In this document: piece by piece, positions 9,606-17,910 of the stretch
Layout of the letters: every line of letters begins with the position of its first letter
How positions within the stretch are numbered: the stretch's first letter is position 1
IMG/VR virus record: IMGVR_UViG_3300020147_000011
Coordinates: 1-57,861 of that record
DNA length: 57,861 nt
Strand: one strand, 5' to 3'
Source of the DNA: a virus
Taxonomy: Duplodnaviria > Caudoviricetes
Translations under genes and position numbers: made by a program
Notes under the pieces: generated by a model
Databases searched by the model: none
The model's input: the letters and a program-made list of their open reading frames with translations, nothing else
Told to the model about the DNA's origin: nothing

Positions 9606-9816
9606 TCACGCTGCTTCCCCCGTAAATTCCAACTCGTCGCCCCAGGAAACCCATCCGGCCCTTGTCCGCCTTGCCTGCAGCGCGAGGTAATCGCCTTGCG
9701 TCAGCCACTCGATGCGCTCCAGCACGGCCCAAACCGATCTTTGTAGCGCTGGCCCTCATGCTCGATGGCGATGGTTCGTGGGTGCGGCGGCTGGCGAGGC
9801 GGTGGCGGGAGGTCAT
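9606..9816 (-). pseudogene. Chimeric remnant: 5' end of the TSCPD-like gene fused to the 3' end of an MT-A70 gene
   Basis: 9723-9816 is a near-copy of 9220-9313 with two 1-nt indels. 9606-9722 encodes LERIEWLTQGDYLALQARRTRAGWVSWGDELEFTGEAA*, matching 10863-10979. Confidence 0.9.
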
Positions 9817-10256
9817 AGCGGCTCCCACTTGATCACGACGCCCTCGAAGGTAGTGGCGCCATGCGTGTCGAACCAGAAGGCCTTCATGTCGTCAAAATCG
9901 TTGAAGCCGTCGTCGCGCGCAAACTGATCCATATCCGCGATCGGCCGCAGCGGGCCCACGCGCCGAAACTCCCTTGGCGCATGTTCGAACAGGTCAAACA
10001 GACAATAGGACGGCCATTCCGACCACTTCAGCAGCACGCCGCCGAATCCGACGCATCGGCCCTCGCCGAGCAACTCGCAGTTTCTGGTTCGCATGCCGGT
10101 ATAGAGCTGGACGATCTCTCCCGGACTCGCATGCCGCCGCTTGCCCATCGCACGGATGGTCTGTCGTTTGGGCCAACGATCGAACGACAGCGAAACGCTG
10201 CTCAAGCCGACGCGGATCGGTTCGGCAAAACGTCGCTGGAAGCTGTAGGCGACCAT
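9813..10256 (-). CDS. ASCH/PUA-like domain protein
   Basis: YSFQRRF...KRQTIR...LYTGMR...FARDDGF...MKAFW. Confidence 0.75.
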   Translation of the reverse strand: MVAYSFQRRFAEPIRVGLSSVSLSFDRWPKRQTIRAMGKRRHASPGEIVQLYTGMRTRNCELLGEGRCVGFGGVLLKWSEWPSYCLFDLFEHAPREFRRVGPLRPIADMDQFARDDGFNDFDDMKAFWFDTHGATTFEGVVIKWEPL

Positions 10257-10489
10257 CAGGCTTGCCCCCGCTGGTCGATCGCCCGCCGGCCGATCGGCGG
10301 ATCGCCCATCACCACGGCCGTCAGGTCGGCATGCTGCAGCGGGGCATCGCGCATGGGGTCATAGAGCGCGTCCGTCCGGCTGACGCGGATGTCGACCTGG
10401 TGCATCCACGGCGTTTCCGACTTGTATTCCGCGCGCTTGTGGGCGCGCTGGTAGGCGATATCCTGTTCGGTTCTGCGGCGGCGGCTCAT
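10256..10489 (-). CDS. Hypothetical protein
   Basis: Coupled ORF. Confidence 0.6.
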   Translation of the reverse strand: MSRRRRTEQDIAYQRAHKRAEYKSETPWMHQVDIRVSRTDALYDPMRDAPLQHADLTAVVMGDPPIGRRAIDQRGQA

Positions 10490-10866
10490 GCCTCACCTTT
10501 CCGTTCAGCGATGCCCGGACGCATGCGATTGTCGACGCCGGCGAGCTGCAGATGCCAATTCGACAACGCCGCGGCGGTGCTGATCGTATGGTGTTTGGCC
10601 TTCTCGACGTCGCCGTTGATCGCGGACGTCGCGGCCTTCTGCGCGAGATATCCGATCAGCCAGAACCAATCGAGCGGAGCCTTGCCGGCATCGTGGGCGG
10701 CGCCCCAGCGTTCGCGCTGATGTGCGGCCTCCAGCGGGACGCCCCTCATGAAGGCTTCCGTCTCCGGTTTGTTGATCTGCGCCTCCAGCTCGGCAATACG
10801 CTCGCGCAGTGCAGTGACCTCTGCTTCCGAGATCTTCGCTAGACGAAACTCCGCGGCCCTGTTCAT
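10486..10866 (-). CDS. Hypothetical phage protein (possibly MazG-like helical fold)
   Basis: EAAHQRERWG...DWFWLIGYLA.KA; coupled ORF. Confidence 0.6.
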   Translation of the reverse strand: MNRAAEFRLAKISEAEVTALRERIAELEAQINKPETEAFMRGVPLEAAHQRERWGAAHDAGKAPLDWFWLIGYLAQKAATSAINGDVEKAKHHTISTAAALSNWHLQLAGVDNRMRPGIAERKGEA

Positions 10867-11960
10867 GCTGCCTCTCCCGTGAATTCAAGTTCATCTCCCC
10901 AGGACGTCCAGCCCGGCCTTGTCCGCCTTGCCTGCAGCTCGAGGTAATCGCCTTGCGTCAGCCGCTCGATGCGATCGAGCCAGGCGTCGGGCTTGCGCGA
11001 GTGCTCCATGACGGGGGCGACGATCAGCTGGCGGACGTCGGCATAGAGCCGCTTCGGATGGCCCTTGGTGGCGAGCCAGCATTGTTCCGGGTTGGCGCGG
11101 GTCCAGTAGCCCTGCCCCATGTGCCAGGTGGAGTTGTCCCAGATGTCGAGGCCGGTATCGTCGCCGTTGGTCTTGATCCAGGTAAAGGCCGTGGTGACGT
11201 GGCGCAGCCCGTAATGCGCGAGCAGATCGAGCGCGTCCTGCGGGCACCAGTCGACCATCCACATGTAGAAGGCGCCGTCGTCGGCCAGGAGTTCGCCGAC
11301 GGGGAGGTTCTTGATCTTGTCAACCTCCTCGGTCTTGTAGTGGACATTGGCGCTGCGGCCTTCGCCGGCGGCCGAGCGCGTCAGGAATTTCCATTGCGGG
11401 TCGGAACCGATCGAGCCGAACTTGCGGCCCTCGCGCGCCATCCGGCCTAGATCCTCGACACTGCCGCCGTTGATGGTGCGCGCGGCATGCGCGGCGCGGC
11501 GGGTGTCGACCTCGGCGGTCTTGGCGTGCGCCTTCACCGGGTCGATCAGGATGGCGTGGCCGCTTCGCACCTTGTCGCGGGCGCCGGCGACGATGGTTTC
11601 GAATTCCGCTTCGTCGAGCGCTGCGGCGCGCCTGGAGGCGGCCGACAGTTTGTAGTCGACGCCGATGTCCGGCAGCGTCGCCGGGCGCGGAGCATCGTCC
11701 GCCGGGGCAGCCTTGGCCTTGCCGCGCTGGCCGCGGGCGCGTAGTTCGCCGGATTGCTCGGCGGCGGCGAGCTGAGCCCCCAGGTGCCGCTCGGCACGCA
11801 GTTGCAGTTCGGTTGCTTCCGCCAGCAGCTCGCGGTCCTGCACCTTTCGCGCGTAGAGCTTGAGATGGTCGATCAGGTCGCGCACCTCCAGCGTATCCTT
11901 GACCGTGCGGGCCTCGGCGATCGCGGCGCGGGCGCGGTCGTATGCGGCGAGCAGATTCAT
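10863..11960 (-). CDS. MT-A70-family adenine methyltransferase with N-terminal extension
   Basis: SDPQW, GQGYWTRANPE, EHSRKP, LELQARR, GWTSWGDE. Confidence 0.9.
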   Translation of the reverse strand: MNLLAAYDRARAAIAEARTVKDTLEVRDLIDHLKLYARKVQDRELLAEATELQLRAERHLGAQLAAAEQSGELRARGQRGKAKAAPADDAPRPATLPDIGVDYKLSAASRRAAALDEAEFETIVAGARDKVRSGHAILIDPVKAHAKTAEVDTRRAAHAARTINGGSVEDLGRMAREGRKFGSIGSDPQWKFLTRSAAGEGRSANVHYKTEEVDKIKNLPVGELLADDGAFYMWMVDWCPQDALDLLAHYGLRHVTTAFTWIKTNGDDTGLDIWDNSTWHMGQGYWTRANPEQCWLATKGHPKRLYADVRQLIVAPVMEHSRKPDAWLDRIERLTQGDYLELQARRTRPGWTSWGDELEFTGEAA

Positions 11961-11965
11961 GGTGC

Positions 11966-12706
11966 TCAGATGTCTTTCAGCTGGTAGCCGACGCCCTTGA
12001 CGGCGCGCAGGTCGAGGCCGATCGGGGCGAGGCCGCCCTTCAGGTCGGCGGCGATCAGGCGCAGCTGCTCGGCAGCATCGCGCGGCGGCTTGCCGTCCCA
12101 CAGCGCGCCGACCAGGAAGGATTCCGCAACCGGCGCCGGCCGCGGCTTTGCGAGCAGCCGGACGAACTTCGCCTGGCGTGTGGTGACTTCCGTCGCCTTG
12201 CCGTTGAAGGTGATGCTTTCGGAATCGAGCGTCAGATCGATCGTGATGCCGTTGACCGTCTCGCCGACCGGGGCGCTCTGTCTTCGGGCAACCTTGGCCG
12301 GCTCGGTTGGCTTGTCCGGGTTCTTCGCCGGAGGCGGCAACAGCTTCGGGCCGTCATCCGGTGGAATGTCGATCTCGATGCCAGCTTCGACGATGCGCGC
12401 GTCAACCGGCCGCTGCTTGTGCGGCGTCACGCCGATCGCCGGCACCATGCCGAGCCGGAAGAAGAACGCGCCGGTCTTTTTCAGCTCGCGGGCACAGGCG
12501 ACCCCTGCCTTGTCCTTGACGATCCGCAGCTTGCCGACGTCTTCATCGGTGCCGAGCTGCGCGCTGAAGGTGTCCTTGACGTTGAAGCGGGCTTGCGCGA
12601 CCAGGTCCTTGCGCAGCGCCACGACTGTCTTGCCGTTCTGCGTGATGGTGATGCCGGCGGACTTCCTAGGCTGGTTGACCGCGATTTCAATCCGTTCAAA
12701 CGCCAT
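11966..12706 (-). CDS. Hypothetical protein with C-terminal OmpR-like winged helix
   Basis: VTTRQAKFVRLL...LVGALW...LRAVKGVGYQL. Confidence 0.65.
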   Translation of the reverse strand: MAFERIEIAVNQPRKSAGITITQNGKTVVALRKDLVAQARFNVKDTFSAQLGTDEDVGKLRIVKDKAGVACARELKKTGAFFFRLGMVPAIGVTPHKQRPVDARIVEAGIEIDIPPDDGPKLLPPPAKNPDKPTEPAKVARRQSAPVGETVNGITIDLTLDSESITFNGKATEVTTRQAKFVRLLAKPRPAPVAESFLVGALWDGKPPRDAAEQLRLIAADLKGGLAPIGLDLRAVKGVGYQLKDI

Positions 12707-13520
12707 GAAGGTTCCCCGTGGTTGGAAATGCGGATGCGTGGAATTGATCGACGCGCAGCGGGTTGTGGTAACCGGCCGGCAGATACGGCTGCAGATCGAG
12801 CTTGATGTAGTGGCGCTTTCCCAGCGCCTGCAGCTTGTCGATCACGCGCAGCGTGTAGCCGCGCCAGTCCGTAGTTCGGGTGATCTCTTTGAGGTAGTTC
12901 GCGCGGCCGACCTTGTAGAGGTCGACGAATTCATGGGTGGCGTCGACGATCGACAGGCTGGCCTCGATGTCGAGCGTCGGCTCGAGGCTCACCCAGGTGA
13001 AGATGCCGCGATCGTGGAACGCCTTCAGCGCAGCGAGACGGTCAGCGGGCAGCGCGGCGTTGCGCTCCCACTTGCGCGAGAAATCATCGTCGAGCGTCGT
13101 CAGCGTCGACGCGAAGGCGTCGCGATCGGGCCGGAAACGATGGATATCGCGCAGCGCGCGCGTGCCGCCCTTGGTCAGGGTGCAGAAGCCGAGCCCGTAT
13201 CCCTTCAGGACTTCCAGAACGACGCTGGTCAGCGACGTATCGCCAGGGTGGAACGGGTCCGTGGTGAATGAAAGCATGACCTGCTCGGTGATGCCCGCGG
13301 CCTCGTACTTCTCGGCATCGCGCACCAGGTGACGGCGGAAGTCTTTGCGCTCGACGGCGCCGGCGTCGAAGTCCGGCCGGCCTTGCTTGGTCACCAGCGG
13401 CACGTAGCAGTAGGCGCAGCCGTGGCCACAGCCGCGATAGGGATTGGTCGCCAGCGGCGCATACTCGCCGGCCTGCCCCTTGGGCGCATAGATGTAGGTG
13501 CAGCCAGCCACGGACGCCAT
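12696..13520 (-). CDS. Radical SAM protein (SPL-like clade)
   Basis: NPYRGCGHGCAYCYV (CxxxCxxC), SFTTDPF, LTKG, SLEP. Confidence 0.88.
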   Translation of the reverse strand: MASVAGCTYIYAPKGQAGEYAPLATNPYRGCGHGCAYCYVPLVTKQGRPDFDAGAVERKDFRRHLVRDAEKYEAAGITEQVMLSFTTDPFHPGDTSLTSVVLEVLKGYGLGFCTLTKGGTRALRDIHRFRPDRDAFASTLTTLDDDFSRKWERNAALPADRLAALKAFHDRGIFTWVSLEPTLDIEASLSIVDATHEFVDLYKVGRANYLKEITRTTDWRGYTLRVIDKLQALGKRHYIKLDLQPYLPAGYHNPLRVDQFHASAFPTTGNLHGV

Positions 13521-13690
13521 CAGTTCGCCCTCGCCAGCTTCAGCGCGTGCTCGCGCTTGCGCTCGATCAGCAGCGGGCAGTTGTCGCAGGACGCGTGCGG
13601 GCCGGTCCATTCGTCGACCGAAAGCTTGCCGCAGCAGTGGTCGGCTTCTGCCAATGACATCTGGCGCGCGTGGGTGTCGGTGAGGCTCAT
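13520..13690 (-). CDS. Small Cys-rich protein (56 aa, not in ORF track)
   Basis: MSLTDTHARQ...HCCG...SCDNCP; coupled at both ends. Confidence 0.55.
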   Translation of the reverse strand: MSLTDTHARQMSLAEADHCCGKLSVDEWTGPHASCDNCPLLIERKREHALKLARAN

Positions 13691-14118
13691 GTCGCGAGCG
13701 CCCTTTCAACTTCACCCATCGAGACGCAGATGTCGGTTGCGAGCAGAGCCATCAGCTCCGGCTCTTCGCCGTCGCGCGTCAGGATGATGCAGCGCTTGCC
13801 CTGGCCGCAGAACCATCCGGCTTCGAGATGTGCGGACCGGCCGCACGGCAAGGCGAGCAGGCAGGTGTCCGCCCACTGCATGCCACGAAGATCGCTGAGA
13901 AAGCCGGCAGCGGCGATCGGAGAGGTAGTCAGCAGCTGGCGATAGCGCTCCGCCGACCACGCCTGCCATTCCGGATCGATCTGCGACCAGGCGAAGCCCG
14001 GAACGCCGTTGAACGGGTTTCGGAAATCATAGACCTCGTGGCCGAGCGCTCTAAGGCGCTCGACGATTGCGGGTTGGTGCGGGTTGCGCCATGACGACGC
14101 CACGTAAATACGCTTCAT
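13687..14118 (-). CDS. Nucleoside 2-deoxyribosyltransferase-like protein
   Basis: IYVASSWRN...D...ADTCLL...GRSAHLEAGW..G.GK. Confidence 0.75.
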   Translation of the reverse strand: MKRIYVASSWRNPHQPAIVERLRALGHEVYDFRNPFNGVPGFAWSQIDPEWQAWSAERYRQLLTTSPIAAAGFLSDLRGMQWADTCLLALPCGRSAHLEAGWFCGQGKRCIILTRDGEEPELMALLATDICVSMGEVERALAT

Positions 14119-14441
14119 GATCCCCTCGCCTGCTTCTCGTCGTTCAGCGCGCGCCAGGCATCCGCCCGCAGCATCGGCAGCAGGCAGCCGGCCACCATCA
14201 GCCAGGGCGCGCCGGGATCGCGCTCGCCGTCGCGGTAGGCTTCGAGCGCGATCACCATCGCAAGGGCTGCATTGGTGCAGCGGACGCCCTCGGCGGGCCT
14301 GGCGTCGGCGGCGCGGACTTCCTGGGCGACCGTAATGAAGCGGTCGTCGACGATGTTGCCGGCGAGCGAAAGCCCGTGGCGGGTGACGACGTTGCCTGAG
14401 ATCGTGATCAGCTCGGTGAGCGTCTTCGATAGCTCCCTCAT
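14115..14441 (-). CDS. Hypothetical protein
   Basis: Coupled ORF. Confidence 0.6.
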   Translation of the reverse strand: MRELSKTLTELITISGNVVTRHGLSLAGNIVDDRFITVAQEVRAADARPAEGVRCTNAALAMVIALEAYRDGERDPGAPWLMVAGCLLPMLRADAWRALNDEKQARGS

Positions 14442-14848
14442 GGCGCATAGCCTCCGGATTGCTTCAGCTCGTTCGCCTCGGAGCGCACCAGCTCGACCAG
14501 CGCGCCCATCACGTGCATCCAGCGGTCCTGGCGGGCGCTGCCGGCGTCTGATTGTGCCGCTCCCATCAGGGCGACCACCAGCAGCCGCGCCGGATCGAGG
14601 ATTGCGCGGGCCGCGGGATCATCGGGGGCGGCGACCAGTTCGCAGGTCACCGCGCGCGCATTGGCGAGCGCCTGGGCTGCGTCATGGCGGCCGTCGAGCA
14701 GCGCTGTGGCATGCGCCACGACCTTGGCGCCGAGGAAGTTGGCATGCTCGGCGGGCGTGAAATTGGAATAGAGGGTGGTTCTACCGAGCACGGCGTTCAC
14801 TCCCTGATAAGGTGCGGGCAGCGGCGGCCCCTTGAGAGGACTTTCCAT
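14438..14848 (-). CDS. Hypothetical protein
   Basis: Coupled ORF. Confidence 0.6.
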   Translation of the reverse strand: MESPLKGPPLPAPYQGVNAVLGRTTLYSNFTPAEHANFLGAKVVAHATALLDGRHDAAQALANARAVTCELVAAPDDPAARAILDPARLLVVALMGAAQSDAGSARQDRWMHVMGALVELVRSEANELKQSGGYAP

Positions 14849-15062
14849 TGCCGCCGCTGCCCTGGTCCGCGCGGCTGGCAGGCCTTGCGGAATCGGGGAA
14901 GGAATGGTCGCGCAGTGATCCCGAAGGCAGCGGCATCACCTCGCCGAACGGATGCGCAAATGGATCGGAGGCCTCAGCCTCGGTGGGCCAGGCCATCACG
15001 ATGATGGTGATGCCGAGCGAGATCGCGGCGAAGCCGGCCATTGCGAGGTCAATCAGGTCCAT
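14781..15062 (-). CDS. Hypothetical membrane-anchored protein
   Basis: Hydrophobic N-terminus. Confidence 0.45.
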   Translation of the reverse strand: MDLIDLAMAGFAAISLGITIIVMAWPTEAEASDPFAHPFGEVMPLPSGSLRDHSFPDSARPASRADQGSGGNGKSSQGAAAARTLSGSERRAR

Positions 15063-15092
15063 GGTGGAATTCCCCGTCGGTTCAGTGGCCGA

Positions 15093-15302
15093 TCAAGCCG
15101 GAAACTTTTCCCAGCGCGCGAGCTGGGCGGATTGGCGCAGATAACCGTCGAGCGCTTCGGTCAGCGGCTTGGCTTCCGGGGCGTTGTGCGGCATCACGCG
15201 CAGCGCCTGGTGCACGAGCAGTTCGGCGGCGAGGATGCGCAGTTCGGAAACGATGTTCATCAGCATGACGTGCGTCCCGGTGTGAGAGACAAGACGGCTC
15301 AC
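15093..15302 (-). CDS. Hypothetical protein
   Basis: 69 aa ORF in operon orientation. Confidence 0.45.
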   Translation of the reverse strand: MSRLVSHTGTHVMLMNIVSELRILAAELLVHQALRVMPHNAPEAKPLTEALDGYLRQSAQLARWEKFPA

Positions 15303-15532
15303 GCTCGGAAATAACCGGGCGGGCCAGAGGTTTTCGATTTCAGGGGTACGCAGTGATGCTACTGGAACTAGGAGCGAGAGATCAGCTATCGGAGCCGGCG
15401 ACCCTCGCGAATTTCAGGTGACGATGGCGCCGTCCGGTAAGCACAGAGCGTCCGGACGGCCAGGATCAGCGCATTGATGATTAACCAGGCGACGATGATC
15501 TTGGCGAAGAGGATCATGCGGCCCTCCGAATT

Positions 15533-15745
15533 AGGTGAGCGTCTCTCCGCCCTGTCGCGTCCATTATCTCAGACGTTGCAGGCTGAACCGCGACAGCCTC
15601 GCCTACTCGCAACCCCGTTCCGGCGGTCGATCGTCTTACGGGGCCCGTGACCCCAGCCGTTCCGGCTTTGCCTCTGGTTGCTTTCGCCAGGGATTCATCT
15701 GAAGTTGCAGGCGAGCCGCCATCGGCTCCTTTTCGGAAACCGCGA
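15533..15745 (-). ncRNA. Candidate structured RNA domain (possibly GOLLD-like 3' domain; may extend to ~16163)
   Basis: Long-range complementarities 15704-15715/15598-15613, 15696-15703/15568-15575 and 15589-15596/15552-15559; GAAA-capped hairpins; terminal GGGCG-GAGAGA-CGCTC hairpin. Family assignment is from memory only. Confidence 0.55.
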
Positions 15746-15827
15746 TCGCGGACGCCGCCGGCGTCACAATCGCCGGTGACAGGCGGGGATAAGGCCCCGC
15801 TGCGATCCGAAAGGAGGTGATGACACC

Positions 15828-15989
15828 ATGCGGAAGCATGGCGGTGCACCGAAGCATGTTCACGTCCGACGGTATGCCCAATGGCGACGGGGAAAGCGCA
15901 CGAGAGTGGGAGACCACCCGCGCGGCGCCAATCCGAAGCCGGCAAGCAGACCGAGCCCAGGGCAACTTGAACTGTTCGATGACGAATGA
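15828..15989 (+). CDS. 53-aa basic small protein ending in a QLELF clamp-binding-like motif (not in ORF track)
   Basis: Perfect SD AAGGAGGTGA at 15811-15820; MRKHGGAPKHVHVRRYAQWRRGKRTRVGDHPR...GQLELFDDE*. Confidence 0.7.
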   Translation: MRKHGGAPKHVHVRRYAQWRRGKRTRVGDHPRGANPKPASRPSPGQLELFDDE

Positions 15990-16163
15990 CGGGACTCGCA
16001 ATCCCATCACCCCGATGGCGGCTCACCATCCGGTCAATTGATGCGCAGGAAATGAAAACGAGACGTGCACTGAGTGCCGCGAGGGATCGGTCATCGGCAC
16101 CGAGGTGCTTACGGCCTTTCCGCTGGGGGCCGGGCAGGCCGTACCAGACGCCTCTCTGGGTAT

Positions 16164-16547
16164 TCAGATTTTCCTGATGGCAACCCCAAACCGTACCTCT
16201 CCGGTCGCGGCTTGACGCATTGTGCGTCGGCGATGGCAATTCGCACACCGAACCTCGCATTTGGCCATCTCGGCGCGAACTCGACCCAGCGTCTTCCTGC
16301 CACGCCGCGCCTCCGCCATTGTGAACAACTTGAGCTTTGGGTTTCTGTGGTCGAATTCGAGAACAATCGGGTCGGCCTCGCCACAGTCCACGCAGGGATG
16401 CGTGCTCAAGTGATCGAGCAGAAGGCTCTTTACTGCGCCAACAAGGAGTCGGTTCTTCGCCATACTCCGCGCCGACTCTCTCGCAATGTTTCTGTGATAG
16501 TAAGCGCGCTGGCGCGCACGTTTTTTGATCGGGTCTTCGTACCCCAT
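16164..16547 (-). CDS. Free-standing HNH endonuclease
   Basis: PCVDCG...LEFDH...KCEVRCANCHRRRT. Confidence 0.88.
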   Translation of the reverse strand: MGYEDPIKKRARQRAYYHRNIARESARSMAKNRLLVGAVKSLLLDHLSTHPCVDCGEADPIVLEFDHRNPKLKLFTMAEARRGRKTLGRVRAEMAKCEVRCANCHRRRTMRQAATGEVRFGVAIRKI

Positions 16548-16594
16548 GCCAACATCCTAAACTAGACGAGCCTTGCCAGGTGCCACTCGGGCAT

Positions 16595-16843
16595 TCAGTC
16601 GCCAAGGATCGCGCCATGGAGCGCGTACATGGCCTTGGCATTCGGCTTGCGCTTGCCGTCGATGAGAAAACTCGCGTGGCGCTTCGTGCATTTCGCACGC
16701 TGCGCGAGGCCGGCAACCGGATCATCGGGCCAGAGCGCCCAGACGACGAGACCGAACCTAGAAAGATTTTCGCGACGCGGATGAACAGTTGTTCCGATGT
16801 TCCGGCTTGGCCGCTGCCGCCGCTGATTCGAAATTGTTCCCAT
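16595..16843 (-). CDS. CII-like HTH protein
   Basis: LAQRAKCTKRHASFLIDGKRKP HTH-like; first gene after cro. Confidence 0.5.
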   Translation of the reverse strand: MGTISNQRRQRPSRNIGTTVHPRRENLSRFGLVVWALWPDDPVAGLAQRAKCTKRHASFLIDGKRKPNAKAMYALHGAILGD

Positions 16844-17144
16844 GAATGAACTTCCCCACGCCACAACACTGTCGATCGAACTGGAAACGAAGCTGCGCAA
16901 TACTGCGGCGTATCTCGGCGCGCATCACGCATCGGTTGAATTGCGTTGCATTGACTCGCATAGCGAGTCCCAATTCGAAACAGAGGCGCAACGCCGCAGC
17001 CGAAAGGTGCAGATCGAATTAGGTTCACAAACCCGAAATGGTTGTCATACACTGTCCCCTCAACCGGCGTCCGGCGGCGGGCGGTCGCCCCTCTGTTGGG
17101 GGTATAAGAACAATGGGAATAGTGGTTTGCTTTCCGAGGCCGCG

Positions 17145-17402
17145 TCATGTCCGGGCCTCATCGAAACTGTTTGCCTGTCGACGCGCCGCGACCTCAGCCA
17201 AGATTTCAAGAGTGATTTCATTTTTGCCGGCTTCACCTGCCAGCTTGACGACGGCCGCCCAATGCTTTCCCGGGATGCCGCCGGGCCGTGATCGCCAGCC
17301 GCTGACCGTGGATGCAGACTCTCCGAGCCCCTCGGCAACACCCTTGGTGCCGCCGATGGCGTCAATGACCGAGCCCCATGTCCAATCCGAATCACTTGTC
17401 AT
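17145..17402 (-). CDS. Cro-like repressor
   Basis: VIDAIGGTKGVAEGLGESASTVSGWR..GIP; divergent from cI. Confidence 0.85.
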   Translation of the reverse strand: MTSDSDWTWGSVIDAIGGTKGVAEGLGESASTVSGWRSRPGGIPGKHWAAVVKLAGEAGKNEITLEILAEVAARRQANSFDEART

Positions 17403-17410
17403 GCACCAAG

Positions 17411-17479
17411 AAATAGTTCGCATTTCGCGAACCTGTCAAGACTACGCAACTTGCGAAACGACATTTCGCGAGTCGCGTG
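17411..17479. promoter_or_regulatory. Three operators (TTCGC-N5-GCGAA) and divergent cro/cI promoters
   Basis: Sites at 17417-17431 (perfect), 17443-17457 and 17465-17479; minus-strand TTGACA at 17434-17439. Confidence 0.8.
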
Positions 17480-17493
17480 TTCGAATATCCACC

Positions 17494-17823
17494 ATGGATA
17501 GTGATGTGGATGTTGGCCGCCGGTTGATCGCATTTCGCGAGTCCCGGGGCATGAACCAGGTCCAATTGGCCGGCGAGCTCAATATCGCAAAAAACACGCT
17601 CAATGGATACGAAACCGGCGAGCGCCCATTACCAGCTGAAAAAGCGAAGAGAATCCGCGAGCGGTTCGGCATCTCGCTGGACTGGCTGCTTTATGGAGAT
17701 ATCGGCCAGCCAGGCTATGAGATCGCGGTAAAACTAGGCCCCAAGCCAAGTATCAAGGCCGACACCAAGGCGGCCCCGGCCCAGAAGACGCCAGCAAAGC
17801 GCAAAAAATCTGCGAACCGGTAA
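17494..17823 (+). CDS. XRE-family phage repressor (cI-like), no peptidase domain
   Basis: RESRGMNQVQLAGELNIAKNTLNGYETGER...SLDWLLYG. Confidence 0.9.
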   Translation: MDSDVDVGRRLIAFRESRGMNQVQLAGELNIAKNTLNGYETGERPLPAEKAKRIRERFGISLDWLLYGDIGQPGYEIAVKLGPKPSIKADTKAAPAQKTPAKRKKSANR

Positions 17824-17875
17824 TTCGCATATTGCGAACTTTCTGTTGACAGGTTCGCAAAGCGCGAACTAAGAT
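17824..17875 (+). promoter_or_regulatory. Two perfect operators overlapping a sigma70 promoter
   Basis: TTCGC-N5-GCGAA at 17824-17838 and 17854-17868; TTGACA 17846-17851, TAAGAT 17870-17875. Confidence 0.85.
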
Positions 17876-17910
17876 GTTTCCCGTGAGATCAATCACGGGG
17901 AATCATCGTC

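Noticed and set aside
9220-10979. Repeat pairs as DGR template/variable regions
   Set aside because: No reverse transcriptase in the window, and the differences are not adenine-specific
11942-13271. Long plus-strand ORFs opposite the early operon
   Set aside because: Antisense shadows of motif-bearing minus-strand genes
16164-16547. IscB/Cas9-like RNA-guided nuclease
   Set aside because: Only 127 aa, with no RuvC or PLMP motifs
15514-17148. 544-aa minus-strand ORF
   Set aside because: No recognisable motifs; it overlaps the better-supported CII-like, HNH and small-ORF genes, so it is probably a GC-rich shadow frame
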